Shown: piece by piece, positions 54,739 to 64,000 of the stretch
How positions within the stretch are numbered: position 1 is the first letter of the stretch
How the letters are laid out: every line of letters starts with the position of its first letter
Assembly: GCA_025201805.1 (NCBI GenBank)
Contig: MU619349.1
Span: forward strand, 1 to 64,000
DNA from: Parasitella parasitica NRRL 2501
Taxonomy: Eukaryota; Fungi; Mucoromycota
Length of the DNA: 64,000 nucleotides
Reading direction: 5' to 3'
Translations under genes and position numbers: made by a program
Notes under the pieces: model-generated
Databases searched by the model: none
Told to the model about the DNA's origin: nothing
The model's input: the letters and a program-made list of their open reading frames with translations, nothing else

Positions 54739-55635
54739 ATGGGTATTTTATTCAGTAATTTATGGAATAAATTGTTCTCAAAGACTCAAGTTAAGCTCAT
54801 TATTGTGGGGCTAGATAACGCAGGCAAAACCACCATTCTATATAAACTGTAAGTGCGTTATTCGAATACGTCGCTTGTAACTCACAAAGATAAACAGGCT
54901 TATGAACCAGATAGTTACAACCACACCTACTATTGGAAGTAATGTAGAGGAAGTAGAATATAAAAACCTTAAATTTGTGATGTGGGTAAAGCATCTGGGA
55001 GCATAAAGGAGGATATGTTTAATATAAAAAGAATCTAAAGTTAGAAATTAAAATAGGATATTGGTGGTCAAGAATCACTTCGAAGCACATGGAAGACGTA
55101 CTATATAGATACAAAGGTAATTTGAAGAAATCCTTTGTTAAAGCAATCAAGATAACCAAGTAATAAACTGAAAATCTAACAGGCTGTTATCATGGTCATT
55201 GATAGTACAGATGTGAATCGACTTTATTTAGCAGAGCAAGAATTACATCAAATGATGGAGAGTGATGTAAGATTTTCAATGTACAGTTAGATCCTTGTAG
55301 CTTAGATGGTATATAGCAATTGCAAAACGCTAGCTTGCTTGTGTTTGCAAACAAACAGGATGTTAAAGGATCTCTTGGAGCAGCCAAAATTTCAGAGGCT
55401 TTAGGTCTTAGTAAATTAAAGGATAGACAATGGCATATTCAGGTAAGATAAGATATTTAACAATGACATAACAATAACTTGACTTGAAACTTTGTTTAGG
55501 CTTGCTCTGCGTTGACAGGAGAGGGGTAAATTTGATAGGATAGTGGTTATACCAAGCGATTTAATTTTTTTTTTTTTTTTTTTTTTTTTATATGAAGGAT
55601 TGGATTGGGTTGTATTACAGATTGCAGGATCATAA
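54739..55635 (+). CDS. ARL5: ARF-like small GTPase, ARL5 subfamily; 7 exons
   Basis: MG myristoylation start, [19 protein letters not shown]|[22 protein letters not shown]|ACSALTGEG|LYEGLDW. TIGSNVE and DIGGQESLR are ARL5 signatures (ARF/ARL1 have TIGFNVE). Confidence 0.88.
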
Positions 55636-56336
55636 ATTTGTATACAATTCCACTTTGAAAAAATAAACACCTTGTGCGGATTTTTCGAAAACAAATGATA
55701 AAAGAGTCTCGCTTGATGGTTCTGCCGGATTCGAATAGTCATCGACGCATCCGGTAGAACGCAGTGTTTTCATTACAGAATTGCAGTTATTGAGCAATTA
55801 GAAGAAAATAATCAAGTTTAGAAAGTCGTCAAGTTCAGAGGATTAAGCAGACGCAGAAGTTTCTATCTTCCAAAGTTCCTCGATAGGCTTGCCGGGTTCT
55901 TCAGGGAGCAACGCATGCTTCCTCAAGTCATTGGCCATTGCAGGCTAAGAAAGATATAAAATAATCATTTACTAATCATCTTTAAAATGGATGGATTTAC
56001 CAGCCAACTGTACATATGAAAAATAAGAATAGAAAGGAGGAGTGGCTAATTGGAAGAGAGGAGAGTATTTGATCTGCAACAAATGTAAAACTCGTGCAAT
56101 CATGCGGTTGGTACATTATGTATTAGTTGGAAAGGTATAACTTTCTAAAATTGGTTTGGTGTTAATTTTTATCGTTTGTATATTACAATGTATTCCCTGC
56201 GAAGCACCTACATAATCTTCCTTTGATTTTCTATTTAAAAAGACATTTCCTCAATCTTGTTCGCCATCTTCTTTACTCCTGTATCTCTTTTTTTTTTCTA
56301 TTTTACTTGCACCATTAAAAAAAAAAGAGCAGTGAA

Positions 56337-58373
56337 ATGAAGTATATTCCATTGGCTTTAGCTCTTTGTAAGTAGAAAAGTGATACAACAAATATGTAGG
56401 TTTGCAACTAATATGCAAAATGACTTTTTACATTTATAGCAATCATTGTTCATTGCTCATCAGTGTTCGCTGATACAGTGTACAGTGTCATTTCAGATGA
56501 TCCAAAGTACGACACAGGTGTCATTATCAATAACAACATCTACTTATTACAACGATCAGTCGAGAGCAATATTTTATTCCAAGGTGCTGCACCTTCTAAT
56601 GTACAATATTCGTATGCCAAGCTCCAAAAGGGTACCACAACCATTGTGGAACAAGAAAACTTCTCCCGTCCTGCAGTGTCTGGTAGTCAGACCATGAATG
56701 AATTCTTCAACCGCAACTGGAATCGCAAAGAAGTGTCCACTTTTGAACCCATTAGTAGCATTAGCAAAAACTTTAACCGTCGAGACGATAATGAGTTGCA
56801 TCCTGTTGGCGAGATCCCTACTATTCATGTCATTGCTGCACAAACTGAAATTGATAAAATCCACAATCATTACAAGCAAGAAATTGAAGTCCTTGTAAAC
56901 GTGACATATATCAGGTAGATGTGCAAATCTACAGATAGTGTCATGAAATACTGACATTTATTTACAGCACCAACATGGTCAAAACATTCAGCAATGCCAA
57001 GTTTGAAATTGGTGGACGATCCTCCAGGCAGTTTACCAAGTTTGCGTACAACATCAAACTAAATAAAAAGCAAGATGAGGACAACTTGAGTGGTTATCAA
57101 AAGCTCAAATTACGCACAACTGTCAGCGATCCTAGTTATATGCGTGAATATCTATCAACTGAGATGCTCTACGCTGCAAATCAACCCGCTACTAAAGCAT
57201 CATATGTGAGGTAAATTTTGAAGTCTATCAAAATGAGTTTCTTTTTTGCTAATATTGCTGGTATTTGAAATGTGCAGATTATTCATCAACGATAGACCTA
57301 TCGGTTTGTTCACACTTATGGAGAAGTATGATAAAAACTGGCTTGCAAACGAGTTCAATGCTGGCAAAAGTGATTATGCTCACGGTATCCTTTACGAAGG
57401 ACAAGGTGGAAGCAAAGACTCCGTTCGAGCAGACTTGTCCTACAAAGGAGACAACCCTTCTGCTTATAATGCATCTGCATACTCTGTTTCTGAAAAATCA
57501 AAGTTAGGGGCTGAAAGTTTAGATGATTTGACCACCTTCATCAAGTTTATCAACGATCAGCGTTTATTCCAAAAAACTGCCAGTGCCGAATCCATTTCAG
57601 CCACTGTTCCTGAATGGGAAAAGCAGCTCGATGTAGAGAATTTCTTGGTTGCGTAAGTGTTTGTTTGATATTCTTCCTGCATGGCGTGGTATTCAAATTC
57701 ATTATTATAATCACCCAGTATGGCGTTCGAGTTCCTTCAGGGCTTCTGGGATGGCTACCTTCAAAACTCCAACAACTACTTTCTTTACAAGTCTCCAGAA
57801 TCAAACCACTTTGTCTGGATCAGCTGGGATTACGACTATGTGATGGGAAGTGGCCCGGTCAATATGAAGAGTCTTGCTCAAGGCGATTACACGACCTATG
57901 TTGGTTTCGATAAAAGACCTTTGACCATCGCGCTTTTGAACGTCCCTGAATTCAAGGCCATGTTTGAGAAAAACTTGAAAACCATTGCTGACGAAATCTA
58001 CAATCCCACCAAAGCTAACCCTGTCATCGATTCTATTTCAAATTTGATCAAAGACGATGTGGCCTGGGACAAAACTCTACCTCATGTGAGAAAAGGACTC
58101 GAGTTCTGGACTTTCTCATTAGACAACTTGAAATATGGCAACTTCAACAACAACACAAACCAAAATGAGGGCGTGCCACCTACTTTAAGTGTTACTACTG
58201 GTATAGACTTCTTGTTACGTTTGAATTCAGACATTGACTGGAAGAAAGCTGTAAATGGAAAAACAGGTCATATTTCTTTGTATGGTGTCAAAGAATGGAT
58301 AAACCTCAAGTATAGCAACTTTTACAAAAAGACTTCTTATAAGCCTCTTTTACCACTCCCTCTTAAACATTAA
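56337..58373 (+). CDS. cotH: CotH-family spore-coat protein / atypical secreted kinase; 5 exons
   Basis: Signal peptide MKYIPLALAL|..., EFFNR, IPTIHV, GGRSSR..K.AYNIK, KLKLR...DPSYMRE, YVRLFIND..IGLFTLME, WDGYLQNSNNY and WISWDYDY. Confidence 0.92.
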
Positions 58374-58478
58374 TTCCACCATATTTATTGTAAAGTTTCG
58401 AATCAGAATAATAGTAATGAAATATAAATTTAACAGCTAAGGTTTCATTTATGTTAATGTTATTTTGAACAACGATGC

Positions 58479-58509
<31 letters not shown>

Positions 58510-60058
58510 GTTGTTGTTGAAAGAAGCAATCGACCGTAAGATGTATGCTCATCAAAAAAGTTTCCATTGTCCTATCCCAATATCTCGTAATAATTCTCTA
58601 TCTCTTTTTTATCATGTGTCTGTTGACTAAATTTTTTTTTTTTTTATTGAAGGCTATATAGAATTGGCCTTCCATTACACAAACATTGCGTAGGACATTG
58701 GATGCTACAAAATAGATTACGTTGTGGATCTAACTTGGGAAAAAAATGCTGCAATTTCCTTCATCAGACGTAAATAATATGCTCTATACTTCATTTTCGA
58801 GAAACTAGAAACAAAAGGTTTTACAAAATCTTATGTTTACATCGCTCAATAGTCTACAAAGATGTTAGAGATTGCAAATAATGCCTCCAAGCGGGGAAAC
58901 AGGTGATGGTCATGCTTAAGTGGCCTTTATTTTAACCAAATTATGGAGCTACATGAAATCAGCTTTTGAGGCCGTATTATACTATGTTTCAGCTATCGAT
59001 TCATATTGAGACATACCCAAGTTGCCTATTAGGATCATGCTTTGCTCCTCAATTGAGAATAAATGCTTCACTGCTAAAGACCTATATTCGCAGTGGTAAA
59101 TTCAACCACAGAAGTATGTTGCCATTGCAGCTGTAAAGTGTTGAAGCAATAACCTGGCGAGACAAAGTCCCTCAAACTTGATGAAATAAAAATCTACAAA
59201 TTGAGACAAGAAAGCAAGAGAGATAGAAACAAATTTAAAAATTTATGGTTGTTAAATGTTAGGTCTTATTTCCTTGCAAGTCGAGTAGTTGGCAAAAAGA
59301 TTCACCAGGTCCATATATTGGAAAAATAATGTGATAAAAATAAAAATAAAAAAATATTAATTTAAAGGGCATAGCTACTTTTAACTTCGTTTGAAAACAA
59401 GACAAGCGAAGAATAAAAGGGCGAAAATTACGAAGCACCCTATAACCCCTCCTTCAACAACTGTTCCTTTGAGAATTTCTGACGTACTAAAAATAAACAA
59501 ATTTCCAAACTTCATCTTGTCTGCTTATTTTTGCTTGAAGCAAGAATGGCTATTAGATGATATGTATCGTGTTTTAGGACGTTAAACGAAACGGCATAAT
59601 AGCGCAGATGCCAAATTTGTGAGGCTACAAAAGTGTTCTGGACAAACAGCCAAAAGTTGATAGGTTTATTTCGTTATCAAAAATGTTCAAAAGCGACGAG
59701 TCTTGGTAGTATTTCTCGAGGATTTGACTACACCGACATGTATCGAGTACTAACGTCAAAGAGCATCTCTCATTAAATGACATGTCGGTACCACATATGG
59801 TGCAGTGCAAAGACAAAGAAATCCTACAACGGTATATACAAGGGGGGCAAGTGTGAGAATTGTGTATGTAAAATACATGCCATTATGCATAACGTGGTTT
59901 GATATACTCCTATAGGAGGCTATTTGATACGTTATATTTTTATAAAACGGGAGGTACGACACTCGAGTAGAACACAATTAGAAGTCGAACATATGGGGAT
60001 ATTTTACACGGGTACACATTTATTATTATACTTTGAAAATCTATATTGTATATGCTGT

Positions 60059-62223
60059 TCAAGCTTGAGGGCAGGCAAATCCACCAGTGGCAGGCGTAGC
60101 AATGACAGTTGGCTTGTATCCCAACCAATCGAGGCCAAAGAAATGCAAAGTGATCCAAAAATGGAGTGGCAAAGCTTCTCTTTGGCTTGTGTTGGTTGAC
60201 ACAACACTACTATTAGGAGAGTTTAGAGGGGCCATGTGTTGTGGAGAACAGGCTTTAGTGAGGTCGACAAAGGTGGTATCTGTACTATCTCGTGCTTGGT
60301 AGTCTACTCGGATCGGCAGTTGTATAGTAGAAATAGCATTTGGAGCCAGGACAATATGCTCAGGATTTGGATCATCGTTATGCACTCCTTTGCCTATGAT
60401 GAGCCCAGTAAGAGCGTCTTTAGCAAGCACCTGGATTTGAACGAGCCTTGTAGGAACATGGTTTTGACGATTGTCGACAGTGACATTGACCAGCCATTCG
60501 CTTTCAAAGGCTACATTGCCTACCATGACACCCTGTTTTGTCTCTGTGATTTTGGCGGGAGAAGTCAATGAGGCTCCTTCAATACGAATTAGTGGCGTAC
60601 GAGGCCATAAAAAGTAAGCAACAAGCACTGCCACAATTAAGCTCAGAAAAGTAAAGAAGACCCAGCCTCGTCTACCGCAACCTCGTTTCTTTGGAGTTGA
60701 TTCTTGCTGTTGCTGTTGCTGTTCTATCTCTTTTTCACGTTTTTGCTTCTGACGCTGCTCAATAGTTTGACGACTAGGTTTTTGACCGCAACTAATGAAG
60801 CAGCAGCCGATCCAAAATCCACGGCTCTGCTGTTCACGATCATCGTCAGAAGACTTCTTCTTGTTGTTTAGCTTTGCTGTGGATCCTGCTGGACTCATGT
60901 TGCGAGTGTCATAGCTGGCTTTTTCTTCGTCATCATAATCATGCTCTTCTTCGTCTTGGTCATCATTGTAGTCCCAATGTCGATCATTTTGATGATATTT
61001 GTGGCCATAGTTACCGATTTCAACATCATCATAATCGTCATAGCCGCCGTGTTTGGTAGAATAATTGTCGCCCATAGCCAACGTTCGTTTATCATCAGAA
61101 ACAGAAGAGTCAACAAAGTAATCACCAAGCGAAAAAGACGTATTGTCGACGGTAGCGTTCTTTTCCGATTCAATGAACTGGGCATAAATAGGCTTTTTCT
61201 GTTGTTGCTGCTGCTGCATTTGATGATGAACTAGTGTGTCCTGGCTTCCCCAAGGTCTGCTGTTTCTTTCGTTTCTGCCATTTGGGCCTAGATTATTTAA
61301 TACAGAACTGGCAGCAGAGGATGGTGATAACGTTAAATCTAAATTGAGTAATGATGTGCTGTTATCATCAAACAAGATGGATCTTGGTGGTTGAGGCTCC
61401 AGTGGATGAACTAATTACAAAACATCTTTCAATTAACATACTTTGCATTGCATACGCAATCTTTCCTACTACCTTGCGAAGGCTTTCGCCCGCCATTACC
61501 ATTGTTAATGACTCCCATATCGAGTTCATCCGCAAAGGATGTCGCACGTGATCTGGCTGTATCTGGAGTTGTAGGGGCCAAGGTGCTAGAGGACTTCATA
61601 AACGCACTAGCGATTGTCAATCTTCCTGGCGCAGAATCTGCTGTGGGCTTCAAGTTATTGGTAGTTCTTGCCGAGAGGGATGAACCAGCCCGTTCTCTAT
61701 ATTGCTGGATGCTCTGCATCGAGTTTGAGGGTGAGCTCACATTGTTGGTACTGGTTGTGCTCATAAACCGATCTGCTACGGAGAGCTTACTATTGCTTCC
61801 AGTTGTTGGAATGTCTGACAAAGTAGAATTGGAGATGGTAGTGGACACAGATGGCGAGCTTCCCTGTGTCAAAGGAGTTGGTAATGGCGGGGCCTGAGAT
61901 ACAGTTGGCGAGAAATCTGTTGCCATGAAACGGTCTGCTATGGACAATCTAGGCACCTGAGCCATGACAGCAGCTGGTGCAGACGGTCTTCGATTGTTTT
62001 GCTGCTGCTGCAGTCTTTGGATTTGCTGCTGTTGCTGTTGCTGAGCTGGTACAGCAGCAGAAACAGACTTTGATCTTTTCTGATTTGCGGCATGTCGTGT
62101 TGCGGAAGTTGATGCAGTGGGTGTAACTTTTCCTGACTCTCTGCGTAACGATGATCTTCGCTTGGGTTTGCCTGCTGAGCCACCGGCAGATGGACGTCTT
62201 GGATGTGGATGTGTTGCCACCAT
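60059..62223 (-). CDS. Single-pass membrane protein with a long disordered N-terminus and a LEA_2-like C-terminal domain; 2 exons
   Basis: Intron 61411-61472 joins the two ORFs in frame. Three (L/T)SIADRFM-like repeats, Cys patches (GCCFISCG, RGCG), TM segment WVFFTFLSLIVAVLVAYFLWPRTP, then a beta-rich domain (VNVTVDN.N..P). Confidence 0.8.
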
Positions 62224-63075
62224 TGATTAACTAAATTATGTTGTAAAAAAGGATAAAGAAAAGAGAATGGAAGAAAGAGAGAAAAGGGAAAGCAAAGATT
62301 GGGGAGTCAATTTGATGGGATAAGAATGTGTATCTCATTTGCACAATAAAAAGAGATTCAATAGGGAGCTCAGTTTTTATGTTTAAACCTGCTGCTGATG
62401 CTGTTGCTCCCTGTCTCTTTCCATCTGTAGTAGTAGATTGAATGATCCCTAATTTCTCCTGTTTTTTTTTGTTTTTTTTTGTTTTGTTTTTTTTTTCTTT
62501 TTTTTTTAATGCTTTCTATACCATACATAAATACATTTAAATGTGTGAAAATCAATAATCGATGCCTCTTTTTCTTCATGGCAGATCGCGCTTGGCCGTG
62601 CACTCCTCTTGTCTCAAGATGAGGCGGGAGAACAAGACAAATATTCAATTGATATGATGTTAGAAAAAGGGGATGTTCTTCTTTTAACCTCCTCCCTGTT
62701 TCACATCTATTTAACATTAGTATAGTATACAGTGAGAACGGTAAATTTTGTCACTTTGAGAAAACCCAAAAAATAAATGGCACTAAGCCGAAAATGATTC
62801 TAAAAACTTTGACCTTTTGAAGTACAATAAGTTAAGTTAAATCAAATTGACCTAAAAATGATATGCATTTTTTGATTTCACTAAAAGCTGCTTGTGATTA
62901 AATGCAAAATGTTCACATTCTAAAGCAGATTTTGAAGACGGAAAGATGTGCTGAGGATTCATTAATATATATGTTTATTATTGATAGACACCTATCCATC
63001 ACATTATCATAAAATAGTTTCTAGCATGTTCTTGCTCACCTTAGATTAATCACCTTGAGCAGCGCATAGGCAAGA

Positions 63076-63815
63076 TTAATAATAGAAAGAAACGGTGATG
63101 GTGAAATGGTCTTCTCTTGACAGAATCTCTTTTGCAGTAGAAGATAATAACATTAAGGCTGCATCTGACTTATGATGCTCTGGAATTAGATCTAGTTCGT
63201 GACGAGTAAGAAAGAGCCCTAGGGCGATCAAAGGATCCAATGTTCGTTGAGTTAAGTGATTAGACACAGCATTAGCGGTCAGTAGCACACATTGTTTGGC
63301 CCAAAACTTGCAGCTTGCTTCGAGTAGAAGTCCATTTCTACTGATGGTAAATTCTCTTTGGAGGTCAGCACTTGAGAAAGATTTGGTTACAATTACAAGA
63401 ATAATGGGCAGTACTTTGTAGCGCTTGTAAGTATGAGATGCATATTTTATAAGCCTCAGCATAAAATCTTGATCAACCTGATATTGAAGTTCAATTAATA
63501 TTGGTGGCAAGTGATTCTGTTGTTTTATTTGGCGACTCGTAAACTGCATCCGACCTGCTACCATCAGCCCATTCAGTCTGGGCTGCGACAAGCTATTGGC
63601 AGGAACGCTTGCATCTATAGACCATCTGTGTGTTAAATATATACCGCATCTTTATACAAGTGATAAAATACACTACCAACTAAAGAGTGAACAACCAGGT
63701 TTATGATTTTTGGATCATTAAGCAACATTTTGTTCAAAAGATCTTCACCAGACTTCCATTTTAAGGGCAGGATGAGATCTTCAGCAGGCTTCCACTTTAA
63801 AGGCAGCTTCCGCAA
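63076..63815 (-). pseudogene. Frameshifted PD-(D/E)XK nuclease-like gene (Rpn/YhgA-type D...ExQ motif)
   Basis: LLNDPKIINLVVHSL, then in another frame TEWADGSRSDAVYES, then a frameshift into LPPILIELQYQVDQDFMLRLIKYA. The motif halves lie in different frames. Confidence 0.6.
63739..63806. repeat. 36-bp-period tandem duplication
   Basis: AGATCTTCACCAGACTTCCATTTTAAGGGCAG and AGATCTTCAGCAGGCTTCCACTTTAAAGGCAG, encoding LPLKWKSGEDL and LPLKWKPAEDL on the minus strand. Confidence 0.85.
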
Positions 63816-64000
63816 GTGTTAGTATTAGCACGGGTGTTATTGAGGCAAAGTCTGCTTGCAGAACGCGAATGGCCTTCTTGACCACAGCTTGAGCAGATTC
63901 TAATAGCAGGCACTCTGTGTTTGTAGTAATAAAAGTGTCAACATATTTGTATTAAATAAAACAGAGTGTGCAGCTAAAAAAGTCGCCTTTGCTGGTTAGA

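Noticed and set aside
59732-59789. Perfect 10-bp inverted repeat ACCGACATGT / ACATGTCGGT
   Set aside because: Short, built on a self-palindromic core, with no TSD or second copy; compatible with chance.

Overview
Eukaryotic fungal DNA, very probably from the Mucorales (Mucoraceae-like). It is AT-rich, has many short GT-AG introns of about 55-75 nt, carries a CotH gene and a wc-1 paralogue, and has long poly(A/T) tracts next to N-gaps as in a short-read draft assembly. About 24 intact protein-coding genes can be rebuilt by hand-splicing: AVT-type amino-acid transporter, bacterial-like TrhO/YceA rhodanese, 3-repeat Myb factor, DHA1-type MFS transporter, subtilisin, glutamate decarboxylase, IMPDH, Nop12, TALE homeobox, Pet123/mS26-like, an unknown protein, Fes1, Fus3/Kss1-type MAPK, White Collar-1, Rom1/2-type RhoGEF, GNAT, Rieske protein, Trm8, a small unknown ORF (status uncertain), ZIP7/Yke4, Rps24, Arl5, CotH and a LEA2-like membrane protein. 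The intergenic regions hold decayed material: a DUF6729-like remnant, two tandem BTB/POZ pseudogenes, an orphan PMT fragment, a frameshifted PD-(D/E)XK-like gene and a diverged dispersed repeat. No rRNA, tRNA, CRISPR array or intact transposase was seen. No clearly new multi-gene system can be demonstrated from sequence alone. The best leads are (i) an E. coli-like TrhO tRNA-hydroxylase homologue with a mitochondrial-type presequence, (ii) a MAPK with DLG instead of DFG and a GC-AG intron, directly upstream of wc-1, and (iii) a long TGGA-repeat first intron in RPS24. All family assignments come from recalled motifs, not database searches.
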